From positions 1,778 to 65,777 of IMG/VR virus record IMGVR_UViG_3300048575_000222: 64,000 bases of DNA, one strand, 5' to 3'. Every line of letters starts with the position of its first letter. The stretch's first letter is position 1. Under the pieces are notes generated by a model. The model did no database searches. It had not been told where the DNA came from and saw only the letters and a list, made by a program, of their open reading frames with translations. The stretch comes from a virus. Below, piece by piece: positions 20,845 to 29,858 of this stretch. Position numbers and translations under genes: made by a program.

Positions 20845-21279
20845 TCAGCGTTGCGGAAACAGGAAGGCGAAGGCGATGCGCCGCCGCCAGCTTTGAGTTA
20901 GCGGTTCCTCGATCACGCCGAGCCGCTCATAGGCGTGGAGGAAGCTGTCGGGACAGGTCAGGATCCCGACATGCTTCGCGATGGCGCGGGGCTTCATGCG
21001 GAAGAGGACCAGCGCGCCGGGACCGGCCGCCGCAGGTTCCACTTCGATCATCATGCGCCGCGCGCCCTCTGCCAGAACCTCGCGCAGACCGGTCTCGCCC
21101 CAGTCGCGGCTGTAGGGTGGGATCGGGAACGGCTCGGGGCCGACGATCTCGCGCCAGACGCCCCGCGCCAGCCCGAGGCAGTCGCAGCCGACGCCGCGCA
21201 GGCTAGCCTGGTCGTGATACGGCGTGCCGAGCCATGAGCGCGCAATGGCAATGACGCGCTCGGGATTGCCGGAGGTCAC
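20845..21279 (-). CDS. NlpC/P60 cell-wall peptidase (RcGTA g14-like)
   Basis: ARSWLGTPY, catalytic GCDCLGL Cys and KHVGI His. Position within the tail module. Confidence 0.92.
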   Translation of the reverse strand: MTSGNPERVIAIARSWLGTPYHDQASLRGVGCDCLGLARGVWREIVGPEPFPIPPYSRDWGETGLREVLAEGARRMMIEVEPAAAGPGALVLFRMKPRAIAKHVGILTCPDSFLHAYERLGVIEEPLTQSWRRRIAFAFLFPQR

Positions 21280-22158
21280 AGCACGCTACCCTCGTGGCCG
21301 CCATCCTTGGTGGCGTAGCGGAGGACCGCGTCCTGACCGGGGATGTGCGGGAAGCCGCAGAAGTTTGCGCTGTTCGCGAACTTCGCCCCGCAGGTCTCCA
21401 TCCGCTTGTCACAGCCCGCACGGATGATGAAGGCGTCGTCCTCGGCGATCGCGCGCACGGGCGCTTCGAGCAGCGTCAGCACAGCAATGCCGTCCGTGAC
21501 GTCATGGCCCAGCACTTCGGTGCGCCGCCCCGCGTTCGCGCCGCTGGTCCATTCGAGCGTCCCGAAGGTGAACCAGCCCGCCTCGAAGCCGGAGAGACCA
21601 GAAGCGGTGAAGGCCCTGTCGCGCAGGAGATCGATGGTGGCTCCGGTGCCCCTGTAGGCCGGGTCCTCCAGATCGACGCCGCAGCGCGCATCGCCGAGAG
21701 CGGCGTCGCAGGTTGCCTGGAAGGTCCGTCCGACTGTCTGGCCCAGCACATGGGCGAGCGAGCGGACCTCAGCGACGAACGCTAGGCGCCCGCGCCGGAT
21801 CTGCCCGATGGCCCCGCGCCGCATCAGCACGCGCTGGCCGGTGTCGGCCCAGTTCACGCGCCAGACCTCGACCTCGGCGTTGTCCCAGCGGCCGTCGAGA
21901 ATGTCGGTCGGTGATCCGATCCGAGGTCAGCACGCCCTCGGCGTCCTGCGCATCGACGGAAAGGTCGGAGCCCGAGCGCACCTCGGACGCCGTCAGCCCG
22001 CTCTCGGGGTCGAAGTCCGTGCCGTCGAAGCGCAAGACCTGGTCGTGGTCGGTGAACCCGAAGGTGACGCCATCGGCACGGGTGATGCGCCAGCACCAGG
22101 CCAGCGTCGTGGTACCCTCGTCGAGATGGGTCTGAAGGTCGGGCGAGAGGGATTTCAT
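21276..22158 (-). pseudogene. DUF2163 baseplate hub protein (RcGTA g13-like), frameshifted near 21908
   Basis: The N-terminal half (LAWCWRITRADG..GFTDHD) in 21769-22158 and the C-terminal half (RVNWAD..GCDK..CGAKF.N..NF.GFPHIPG) are in different frames. The junction reads ATC ACC GA CC GAC ATT where ITETDI is expected, consistent with a 2-nt loss. Confidence 0.85.
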
Positions 22159-22345
22159 CGGCAGGTTCCCGTCATGCGGTCGTCGAGATCGGCGATCCAG
22201 TTCGCCCAGTGCGGCGGAACGGCGGCGACCATCTCGGCGGGTGGTCGGGCGAGCCGGGCCTCGGCGTAGGAGGCGCAGCCAGCGTCACCAGCGCCCATCG
22301 TTGCGGCGCAGCCGGTCAGCAGGATTACCGGCAGCGCGGCCATCG
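22155..22345 (-). CDS. Small lipoprotein, o-spanin (Rz1)-like
   Basis: MAALPVILLTGC lipobox in a frame overlapping the upstream membrane gene. Located at the end of the lysis cassette; start approximate. Confidence 0.55.
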
Positions 22346-22514
22346 CGAACCGCGTCGCGCCCGCTCTCGACGCGCTTGCTCTCGTCTTCCATGGCATCGC
22401 GTTCGGCCTCCCGTTTGCCCGTTCGTTCTCCTTCCACGCGTCCCCAGACCCGGCCGAGGATGACACCCCGACGGCGCCCAGAGCCGCGACCAGCCAGATC
22501 AGGAACTCAGCCAT
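22285..22514 (-). pseudogene. i-spanin (Rz)-like membrane protein with a 1-nt deletion at the C run 22466-22469
   Basis: Restoring one G gives MAEFLIWLVAALGAVGGVILGRVWGRVEGERTGKREAERDAMEDESKRVESGRDAVRDGRAAGNPADRLRRNDGRW*. As sequenced, the N-terminal TM helix runs into the lipoprotein frame (119-aa ORF 22155-22514). Confidence 0.65.
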
Positions 22515-22608
22515 CGTCCCGCTCCCCGCGCGCGGCGGCGACGCAGAGGGCGACGATCAGCACGCCAAGGCAGCCGCCCACGACCAGACCTGCGAGAAAC
22601 TCAAGCAT
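22507..22608 (-). CDS. 33-aa hydrophobic peptide in the lysis cassette
   Basis: MLEFLAGLVVGGCLGVLIVALCVAAARGERDDG*, read directly. Overlaps both neighbours. Confidence 0.55.
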   Translation of the reverse strand: MLEFLAGLVVGGCLGVLIVALCVAAARGERDDG

Positions 22609-22831
22609 CGCCGCGGAACCCGCGCTCGATCCGGTCGCGCAGTCCGATCAGGCCAAGCCCGAGGAACATGAGGCCAGCGGGAGAGGCGTCGCCGCTGCCA
22701 GCAAGGAGAGCAACGAGGCGGGAAAGTTCTGCGAACGGGCCGGTAGCGGGCAGCGCCAGGGAAGCGATGCCGGTGAGCATGGCGAGCAATCCTGCCCACC
22801 AGGTTAGCGAGGTTGGACGGATGTAGCGCAT
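22601..22831 (-). CDS. Putative holin, two TM segments
   Basis: 76 aa, hydrophobic, charged C-terminus, directly after the endolysin. Confidence 0.6.
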   Translation of the reverse strand: MRYIRPTSLTWWAGLLAMLTGIASLALPATGPFAELSRLVALLAGSGDASPAGLMFLGLGLIGLRDRIERGFRGDA

Positions 22832-22836
22832 GGGGA

Positions 22837-23493
22837 TCAGGCCCTCCGGATCAGGGTGGAGACGAAGGCGGCCAGCCGTGCGAGCCAACTGGTCGGCGCG
22901 GTGGGTGAAGGCTCGCGGACCGGCGGCGTCGGCGACGGCCCGCGAGCCAAGGCCAGCGCCTCATCCTCGGTCAGGCGACGGATCGGTCGCGAGAAATCCA
23001 CGCGGCCCGTGCGATCCACGGACCAGACCGGGATCGTGCCGCCGGGATAGCGGCCATGGCGGAACAGGTCGCGCTCGGCTTCCCGCCGCGGAATGATCGC
23101 CGCCGGGCGCCGCCAATTGAGAAACGCGTCGGCGGCTGCAACGCGATTGCCGGCATTGAGGTGCCGGGTGAGCGCGGCCTTCGCGATGCCGCCGGTATTA
23201 TAGTGGAAGCTGACCAGCGCATCGAACTCGTGCGGCACCAATGGCACCTTCACGGCGCGCAGGACGGCGGCCTCATAGCGCGCGAGGTCGGCGCGGAAGA
23301 CCCGGAACGCCTCGCGGATCCCGGCGTCGAGATCGGCGGGCATGCCGCGCGGCATGGTGACGGGATCGGGCGGCCCGGCCGCGGCCGTGTGGCCGATGCC
23401 GAAGGTCCAGACCTGTTTCACATCGAGATAAGGTCCGGGCACGAGTCCTTCGTGCCGGACGAGGGCCAGCAGGCCCCGGTCGGTCATGTGCAT
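22837..23493 (-). CDS. Endolysin, GH24 phage lysozyme
   Basis: HEG..PYLD..VWTFGIGHT catalytic E/D/T region, EFDALVSFHYNTG and RREAERDLF. Confidence 0.93.
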   Translation of the reverse strand: MHMTDRGLLALVRHEGLVPGPYLDVKQVWTFGIGHTAAAGPPDPVTMPRGMPADLDAGIREAFRVFRADLARYEAAVLRAVKVPLVPHEFDALVSFHYNTGGIAKAALTRHLNAGNRVAAADAFLNWRRPAAIIPRREAERDLFRHGRYPGGTIPVWSVDRTGRVDFSRPIRRLTEDEALALARGPSPTPPVREPSPTAPTSWLARLAAFVSTLIRRA

Positions 23494-23497
23494 GGGA

Positions 23498-23629
23498 TTA
23501 CCTGAGGAGCGAGAGGATCAGGATCAGAGCCGCGACGGCGAGGCCGATGCGCAGGCGATGAGCAAAGGCCTGCCGGGGGTCGGCAGGGTCGCTGCGAAGG
23601 GAGCGCGCGAGGCGGAGAAGTTCATTCAT
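23498..23629 (-). CDS. 43-aa membrane peptide
   Basis: MNELLRLARSL...IGLAVAALILILSLLR*, overlapping the upstream stop codon. Confidence 0.55.
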   Translation of the reverse strand: MNELLRLARSLRSDPADPRQAFAHRLRIGLAVAALILILSLLR

Positions 23630-23972
23630 CGCCGTCGCCCTGCTTGGCGCGGCGCAGCCGGGCGAGCAGCATCTCGATGAAGGCCGGCCCGAAGACCCCG
23701 ACGAGATAGGCGGCGGACCCTGCAGCACCGCCTGCCGGGATCGCCTCGGGCGGCAGGCCCATCCAGCTCGTAATGACGGCCATGGAGAGGCTGCCCATCC
23801 CGGCCGCGATAAGCCCGCCGAGCACGATGTGCCGGAGCGCATCCCGCAGCCGCATCTTCGTGGTCAATGCGTTCGTGGCGCCGCCGAGCGCGCCCCAGGC
23901 AGCGAGGATCACGGCGGTCGAGGCCGCAAGTTCGCGCAGCACGGCCGCAACGAAGCTGCCGGTGTCGTTCAT
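23622..23972 (-). CDS. Membrane protein, holin-like
   Basis: 116 aa with three hydrophobic segments, between the distal tail gene and the endolysin. Confidence 0.7.
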   Translation of the reverse strand: MNDTGSFVAAVLRELAASTAVILAAWGALGGATNALTTKMRLRDALRHIVLGGLIAAGMGSLSMAVITSWMGLPPEAIPAGGAAGSAAYLVGVFGPAFIEMLLARLRRAKQGDGDE

Positions 23973-24598
23973 CGCCGGATCTCCATCAGCGGAATGGAGG
24001 TGATCGAGCCGAGCCGCTCGAGGTCGAGCGTCACGTCCAGCACATCGGTGTCGAAGCGCACCGGCACATCGAACTCGAAGCCCGCGGTGATGGCGACGCC
24101 AGCACCCGGCGCAGCGCTGAAGGTGACGACGCCTGTGGCGGTGTCGACCGACCAGCCGGAGAGCTGCTCGACGCCCGCCAGCGCGATGCGCACGCTGCCC
24201 GCCACCGGCTTGGCGATGGCGCGCGTCCAGGATTGCGCGCCGGAGGCGTAGCGCTTCACCAGCTGGAAGGCGGTCGTCGCGCCGTCGCCGGTGCCGATCG
24301 ACTGATCGGTGGGCGATGGCGTGCCCGAAGGCAGGCAGGACTTGTGGTCGCCCCAGTCCTTGAAGCGGAAACCGTGGAGCCTACCGTTGCGCGCCTCGAA
24401 GAAGGCAACCACCGCCGCCAGATCGTCGGCGCGGCGAATGCCATAGGCGACGTCGTAGCGGCGACGCGAATTGGCCCAGCTGGCGTTCCTCTCCTCGTCG
24501 CCCGAGGCGAGCTCGACGATCTGGGTTCGCCGCTCGGGCCCGCCGTGCGCGCCGCGGCTGATGTTGTCGGGAAAGCGGACTTCGTGAAACGCCATCAC
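23969..24598 (-). CDS. DUF2460 distal tail protein (RcGTA g12-like)
   Basis: FHEVRFPDNIS.GA.GGPER.T, FRFKDW.D and FDVPVRFD motifs. Follows the tape measure gene. Confidence 0.93.
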   Translation of the reverse strand: MMAFHEVRFPDNISRGAHGGPERRTQIVELASGDEERNASWANSRRRYDVAYGIRRADDLAAVVAFFEARNGRLHGFRFKDWGDHKSCLPSGTPSPTDQSIGTGDGATTAFQLVKRYASGAQSWTRAIAKPVAGSVRIALAGVEQLSGWSVDTATGVVTFSAAPGAGVAITAGFEFDVPVRFDTDVLDVTLDLERLGSITSIPLMEIRR

Positions 24599-27012
24599 AT
24601 GCCCCTCCGCCCGAGCGACACGGCGCGGGCGATATCGCTTGCCACCTGTGTGCGGGACTGCCGGAAGCTCTCGGCGTCACGGGCCATGATGGTGACGTTG
24701 ACGCCACCGCTTGCGCCGTAGGTCTGGGCCTCCCGCCGCGACAGCACCCGCTCGCCGCGCTGCAGGATTGCGGGCACCTCATCATGCCGAAGCCCGGCCA
24801 TCCCGCCGGAATGCAATCGCGGGGCGGCGGCGAAAGCCATGGCCGGGACCAGGCGTGAGGGCCCGGCCGATCCGACCATCCCGCCCGCATGCAGCACGTT
24901 GGCGAAGATGCCGCCCGCGCCGGCAAACACGCCGGAGAGCGCATTGGCGATCGGCCCGAGGATGAACCGCCGCGCCGCCAGCTGGGCGAGATCAGCGAGC
25001 AGCGAGGTGACAAGGTCGCGGAAGTTCAGCTTCCCGGTCTTCACGAACTGGCCCACCGCGTTCTCGGCGGACTGGAAGGCGCCGACGAGGCTCTGACCGA
25101 TGTCGCCACCGATGTCGCGGGCCTTGCTGGCGTAATCGGACAGCGCCGCCGTGACCGCCTGCCAGCCGGTGACAGCAGCCTCGGTCGCGGGCTCCGCCGC
25201 AGCGGCGGCAGCCCCGGCCGCCGCGCCTGCATCTGTTGCAGCGCGCCCGGCTTCACCAAGCGCCGTCTCCAGCAGCTCGGCCGCGCCGGTGGCCTCGGTC
25301 AGCGCATCGGTACTGGCTTCGTCGGTGCCGCGCACCGCATCGCGCAGCGCCTGCCAGCTTTCCAGCGGCGCGCGGGCCCCTTCGGCCAGATCGCGCGCTG
25401 CGCCGCGATAGAGGTTCGCGGACTCAAGCGCGCGGTTCGCCGCCTCGGCCAGACCGAGATCGGGCGCGGTCAGCGGATTGTCCTCGAAGGCCCGGTCGAA
25501 GGCCGCCTGCGCCGCCGTGGTCGCTGCCGTCGCTGCGCCCTCGAAGCGGTTCTCGATCTCGCCGAGGTCGAGGTCCGGCACCAGCGAGATGCGCCGCTCG
25601 GACCCGAGGGCTTCGAGACCGGCGTTGATGCCGCCGATGAAGCCGTTGATGCGCGAGACCACCCCGTTCAGCATCGCCTCGACGCCGTCGACCAGGCTGT
25701 TCGCCGCCTGGAACGCCAGGTCCCCGATGGCGGCGGGCAGCAGACCCCAGATCGCCTTGATCGCCTCGTAGGCGCCTTCGAAGGTGTTCGCCGCGGTGTT
25801 GCCGAAACCGACCACGCTCTCGATTGCGCTCTGCATCCCCGACGCGGCGTCGGCCTTCAGGTCGAAGAACATCGCCGTGGCGGCCGCGCCCGCCGCAGCG
25901 GCGCCCATCCTGATCCGCTCCCAAACCTCGACCGCCAGGTCCTTCAAGAGCGACATGGCCTCACCAAAGCCGCCCGCGCCGGAAACAAGCCGGGTGAACT
26001 GGTAGACAAGCTCGCCCGCGCCGACGATCAGCGCGCCGATGCCGGTGCGGATCAGGGCGCCGCGCAGGACGACCAGCGTGGTGGCGAGACCGCGCACGGA
26101 GAGCGCTGCGGCGGCCATCCCCGCCACCCAGCGGCCCGCGAGGAAGGCCGCGAAGGTGGCCGCGTAGGTGGTCAGGCGGCCAATGTTGTCGAAGAGCCCG
26201 CGGATCGCGATGCCCAGCGGCCCGCTGCGGCTGGCGACCGCCGCCATGGCATCCGCGACGGCTTCCAACGCGGGGGCTGCGGCAACCGCGAACTGGTTCG
26301 ACAGCCCGCGCCAGACCAGCCCGAGCCGAGAGATGGCGTCGTTCGTCCGCTCGATCTGGTCGGCATCCTGCTCGGAGACGACGACCCCGAAGGCAAGCAC
26401 GTCCTCCGTCGCCTGGCGCAGCGTCGCAGTATCGATCCGGCTCATCGCGATGGAGCCTTCCTCGCCGAAGAGCTGGCCCGCGACGGCCGCACGCTCGGCG
26501 GCAGGCACGAAGCTCTCGATCGCCGCGTTGATCTCGCCGACGCGCTGGTCCAGCGGCAGGGCGATCAGGTCGCTGGCGGAAAGGCCCAGCCGGTCGAGCG
26601 CGTCGGCGGCGGGGCCGGTTCCGGCGGCCGCCTGGCTCAATCGCCGCGTCAGATCCTTGGTCGCCTGCTCGATGCCGGACATCGACACGCCAGCCAGCTC
26701 GCCCGCGCGCTCCAGCGTCTGGATCGAGGCGACCGTGGTCCCCAGCGATTGCGCCAGCTTGGCCTGCGCATCGACCGTCTGCAGGCCGGAGCGCACCATC
26801 GCCACGCCAGCGGCGGTCGCGGCCGCAACGGCGGCAGCGGCGGCCACACGCACCCGCCGCGAGAAGGCCGCAAGCCGGGTGTTGGCTGCCTCCATCTCGC
26901 GGCTGAGCCGCCCGAAACCGCGCGACCCGGCCTCGCCGACGCCTTCCAACTCGGCACGCACCTGCCGTCCGCCCACGGCCGCGAGGCGGACGCTGACGCG
27001 TTTCTCGGCCAT
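24595..27012 (-). CDS. Tail tape measure protein
   Basis: 805 aa, Ala-rich helical, MAEKRVSVRL start, C-terminal HSGG..GLR.DEVPAILQRGERVL. Confidence 0.92.
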   Translation of the reverse strand: MAEKRVSVRLAAVGGRQVRAELEGVGEAGSRGFGRLSREMEAANTRLAAFSRRVRVAAAAAVAAATAAGVAMVRSGLQTVDAQAKLAQSLGTTVASIQTLERAGELAGVSMSGIEQATKDLTRRLSQAAAGTGPAADALDRLGLSASDLIALPLDQRVGEINAAIESFVPAAERAAVAGQLFGEEGSIAMSRIDTATLRQATEDVLAFGVVVSEQDADQIERTNDAISRLGLVWRGLSNQFAVAAAPALEAVADAMAAVASRSGPLGIAIRGLFDNIGRLTTYAATFAAFLAGRWVAGMAAAALSVRGLATTLVVLRGALIRTGIGALIVGAGELVYQFTRLVSGAGGFGEAMSLLKDLAVEVWERIRMGAAAAGAAATAMFFDLKADAASGMQSAIESVVGFGNTAANTFEGAYEAIKAIWGLLPAAIGDLAFQAANSLVDGVEAMLNGVVSRINGFIGGINAGLEALGSERRISLVPDLDLGEIENRFEGAATAATTAAQAAFDRAFEDNPLTAPDLGLAEAANRALESANLYRGAARDLAEGARAPLESWQALRDAVRGTDEASTDALTEATGAAELLETALGEAGRAATDAGAAAGAAAAAAEPATEAAVTGWQAVTAALSDYASKARDIGGDIGQSLVGAFQSAENAVGQFVKTGKLNFRDLVTSLLADLAQLAARRFILGPIANALSGVFAGAGGIFANVLHAGGMVGSAGPSRLVPAMAFAAAPRLHSGGMAGLRHDEVPAILQRGERVLSRREAQTYGASGGVNVTIMARDAESFRQSRTQVASDIARAVSLGRRGM

Positions 27013-27082
27013 CGGTCAGACTCCTTGCTTTCGCCGTACGGGCGTCTTACGTTTATGCCATCGATCAAGTGAAGGTATGACC

Positions 27083-27295
27083 ATGGCCGAGACCGCGACC
27101 CTGTCCTCGAAGTTCCAGATCTCGATCCCCAAGGCGATCCGGGCGGCGCAGCACTGGGAAGCAGGGCTGACCTTTGCCTTCATCCCGAAAGGCACGGGCG
27201 TCCTGCTTGTGCCGGTGCCCAAGCGGGAGGTGCTGAAGGGGCTCGCGCGCGGCGCGTCCGCCACCGATTATCGCGACCGGACGGATCGGTTCTGA
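27083..27295 (+). CDS. AbrB/MazE-family antitoxin (VapB-like)
   Basis: ATLSSKFQISIPKAIR AbrB signature. Its stop overlaps the PIN gene start (TGATG). An alternative ATG lies at 27077. Confidence 0.88.
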   Translation: MAETATLSSKFQISIPKAIRAAQHWEAGLTFAFIPKGTGVLLVPVPKREVLKGLARGASATDYRDRTDRF

Positions 27296-27675
27296 TGATC
27301 CTCGTCGATACGTCGGCCTGGATCGAATGGCTGATCGACTCGGCAACCGGCGCCAAGGTGGCCGAGCACCTGCCCGAACAGGCGGAGTGGATCGTGCCGA
27401 CCATGGTCCAGCTCGAGCTGGCGAAATGGCTGACCCGCGAGGTCGGCGAGGACAAGGCGGATCAGGTCATCGCTTTCACGCAGGTCTGCCACGTCGTCCC
27501 GCTCGACACCGAGATCGCGCTGGCGGCCGCGGAAGCCTGCCGCGAGCACAAGCTCGCCACCGCCGACGCGATCATCTTCGCAACCGCCCGCGCACAGGGC
27601 GCGACGCTCCTGACCTGCGACGCGCATTTCGAGGGGCTGCCCGGCGTCTCGCTGATCGAGAAGATCAAGGTCTGA
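27295..27675 (+). CDS. vapC: PIN-domain toxin
   Basis: ILVDTS, LEL, TADA and LTCD acidic quartet in 126 aa. Confidence 0.9.
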   Translation: MILVDTSAWIEWLIDSATGAKVAEHLPEQAEWIVPTMVQLELAKWLTREVGEDKADQVIAFTQVCHVVPLDTEIALAAAEACREHKLATADAIIFATARAQGATLLTCDAHFEGLPGVSLIEKIKV

Positions 27676-28000
27676 CCCCCGGGCCGCCATTCGCGCTCAG
27701 CTCCTCGTTCAGCTTCCGCACCATCACCGCCTCGATGACGGGCAGCAGTTCGGCCATGGCGAGGGGCGGCACATCGAGGGCGTCACCCAGCGCGAGCGCC
27801 GCCGACATGTCCCAGCCGATCACCGCGCCCGGCAGCACGCGCAGCTGGCCGCCGAGGCGGCCGACGAGGTCCCAGACCTGCCAGCCTTCATAAGTCCGAG
27901 GCCGGTTCAGCCGCTCCGGGCAGTCCGCGCACGGGCTCTGGCAGGCCTCGCAGTAGCGCTCGCCCCCGCCGAAGGACCATTCGGCGAGAGCGCGGAGGCG
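27665..28000 (-). CDS. Frameshift (GT) extension of the tail assembly chaperone
   Basis: The -1 frame after A AAA AAC reads RLRALAEWSFGGGERYCEAC..GWQVWDLV..GWDMSAAL to TGA at 27665-27667 and has no start codon of its own. Confidence 0.75.
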   Translation of the reverse strand, partial: RLRALAEWSFGGGERYCEACQSPCADCPERLNRPRTYEGWQVWDLVGRLGGQLRVLPGAVIGWDMSAALALGDALDVPPLAMAELLPVIEAVMVRKLNEELSANGGPGVRP

Positions 28001-28344
28001 TTTTTTTCCTGCTCCAGCAGCAGACCCTTGGAGACGTAGGTCAGCTGGAAGGCCTCGAAGATCGGCCAGACATCGAGCAGCGCGTCGATGGCCTCAGGGC
28101 TGGGATCAATCGGCTTTCCGTCCGCATCGCCGATGCCCTCCCAGGTGAGCACCGCCCGCCGCGCGAGCGCCTTGGCGAAGGCGACGGCGCGCTCCTCGTC
28201 GGAGGCCTCCCCCGTTACCGCCTCGACGGCCGGATCGCTGCGCGTCGCCACCATCAGCGCGGTGGTCAGCGGTCGCAACTGCACCCGGACGCCGGGGGCG
28301 AGGTCGTGCCAGCGCGGCGCATTGGTCAGGTCGAGCGTCAGCAT
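27907..28344 (-). CDS. Tail assembly chaperone (G-like)
   Basis: 145 aa between the tail tube and tape measure genes, with a slippery site near the 3' end (EQEKN). Confidence 0.85.
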   Translation of the reverse strand: MLTLDLTNAPRWHDLAPGVRVQLRPLTTALMVATRSDPAVEAVTGEASDEERAVAFAKALARRAVLTWEGIGDADGKPIDPSPEAIDALLDVWPIFEAFQLTYVSKGLLLEQEKNASALSPNGPSAGASATARPARARARTARSG

Positions 28345-28346
28345 CG

Positions 28347-29288
28347 TCAGTACACCTCAATGTCGTTGATCAGGGTTGCGGTGCACATCCGGCCGACGAC
28401 GCTGTCGCGGGCGGCCTGCCAGTCGAAGGTCGCCTGCACGCCCTGCGGCCCGGAAATCTCGATGCGCGGGCGCGGCAGGTAGACGGCGTGCACGGTGAAG
28501 GTGAAGCTCCCGCCCGAGGGCAGGACGTAGGTGAACTCCATCTCGCAGGCCTCGCCATTGATGGCCTGCGTCACCAGCGTCTGGTCGGCGAAGCGCACCT
28601 CGATCCGGCCGGTCAGCGCGGCGATGGACGGGTCCGCCCCGTCGATGCGCCCGTCCGAGCGGATGGTCTCGATCCGGTCGAGGTTGTTGGCATAGGTGAT
28701 CTCGGCCGAGACCACGTTGCCGAGCGCGGTCCCGTTTCGCGTTATCGCGCCGTTGAAATGGCCGAAGCGCTTCAGTTCCAACGCGGCGGGCGTTCCGGCG
28801 CTGGTCGTGGTGCCGACCGTCTCGCCCTGCGCCACCAGCCGCGCGGTGGCCGTGAGCAGTCCCGAGCGCTGCATCTGCCAGGTGATCTGGTCGAGCACGC
28901 AGCCGGAATACATCGCGTATCGCGGCACCTCCGGCATGCCGGTCTCGATCGACATGCTGGGCAGCGTCCACGACCCCGACTGGAACTCGTGGCTGTACGG
29001 CGCTTCCGCACCCGTGGTCGTGGGCGCGCCGAAGGCCGCCTTCAGCCAGAAGCCGAAGGCTTCGGCGTCGAGCGGCACGACGACATCGCCGTCCGCCGTG
29101 ACCGCGTCCTTGATCGGCGCCAGCGGATCGCGGCCGTAGCCGAGAAGCTCCGAGTTGAGCAGCGGCTGCTCCGCCCCGAGCGAAGTGCTGGCGAAGGGCA
29201 TGCGGGTGAAGCCGCTGGCGGGCGGCGTTCGATATGTCGTCTCGAACGCAAGCGCCATCAGCGCCCGCGCCCCCTGGGCTCGTGCCAT
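28347..29288 (-). CDS. Major tail tube protein
   Basis: 313 aa, MARAQGARA start, precedes the chaperone and tape measure genes. Confidence 0.88.
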   Translation of the reverse strand: MARAQGARALMALAFETTYRTPPASGFTRMPFASTSLGAEQPLLNSELLGYGRDPLAPIKDAVTADGDVVVPLDAEAFGFWLKAAFGAPTTTGAEAPYSHEFQSGSWTLPSMSIETGMPEVPRYAMYSGCVLDQITWQMQRSGLLTATARLVAQGETVGTTTSAGTPAALELKRFGHFNGAITRNGTALGNVVSAEITYANNLDRIETIRSDGRIDGADPSIAALTGRIEVRFADQTLVTQAINGEACEMEFTYVLPSGGSFTFTVHAVYLPRPRIEISGPQGVQATFDWQAARDSVVGRMCTATLINDIEVY

Positions 29289-29312
29289 GGTGTTCTCCTC
29301 GGGTTGTCGGGG

Positions 29313-29732
29313 TCAGGCCAGTTGGTCAGCCGTGGAATAGTGCAGCACCACCGGGATCACGGCGGCCTTCAGGCTCGCGGCGCCCTCAACCGGCAGATCG
29401 ACCGGCCGCGGCGCTTCGGCCTCGACCCAGTCGCAGAGCCCGCCCAGCGTGCGGTCGGCAGCGAGCGCCGCGCCGATGCTGGCGGTCAACGTGTCGAAGG
29501 CGGCGTCACGGTCGGCACCCTGCACGACCGCCTCGATCTCGGCGCGGTGCTGGTAGTGGTAGGCCAGCGGCGAGAGGGTCACCTCGGGCGCGCCCGGTTC
29601 GCCGTCGCGCAGGATCAGCAGCCCCTCGGTCGGCACGCGCTCTGGCAGCACCTCGCCGCGGAGGGCGGTGGCGGGCAGCGCCGAAAGCCGCGCGTGCAGC
29701 GCGGTGAGGATGGTTTCGCGGGGGGTGGGCAT
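29313..29732 (-). CDS. Tail terminator/completion protein (putative)
   Basis: 139 aa immediately upstream of the tail tube gene. Call is positional. Confidence 0.7.
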   Translation of the reverse strand: MPTPRETILTALHARLSALPATALRGEVLPERVPTEGLLILRDGEPGAPEVTLSPLAYHYQHRAEIEAVVQGADRDAAFDTLTASIGAALAADRTLGGLCDWVEAEAPRPVDLPVEGAASLKAAVIPVVLHYSTADQLA

Positions 29733-29858
29733 CTCTGACTGTTACCTTGGACGCGCGGCAAGAGCGCCACGTTGTGACCATGTTCTTGAAAGGCATAAGT
29801 TCTTGACCACCATCATCTCTATCGCGACGATGGTGCCGAAGATCGGCGGGAGACTCGG

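Noticed and set aside
15284-29732. Calling the tail region a gene transfer agent (GTA)
   Set aside because: The head genes are lambda-type and the element has its own replication, repressor and integrase genes, so it is a prophage with GTA-related tail genes.
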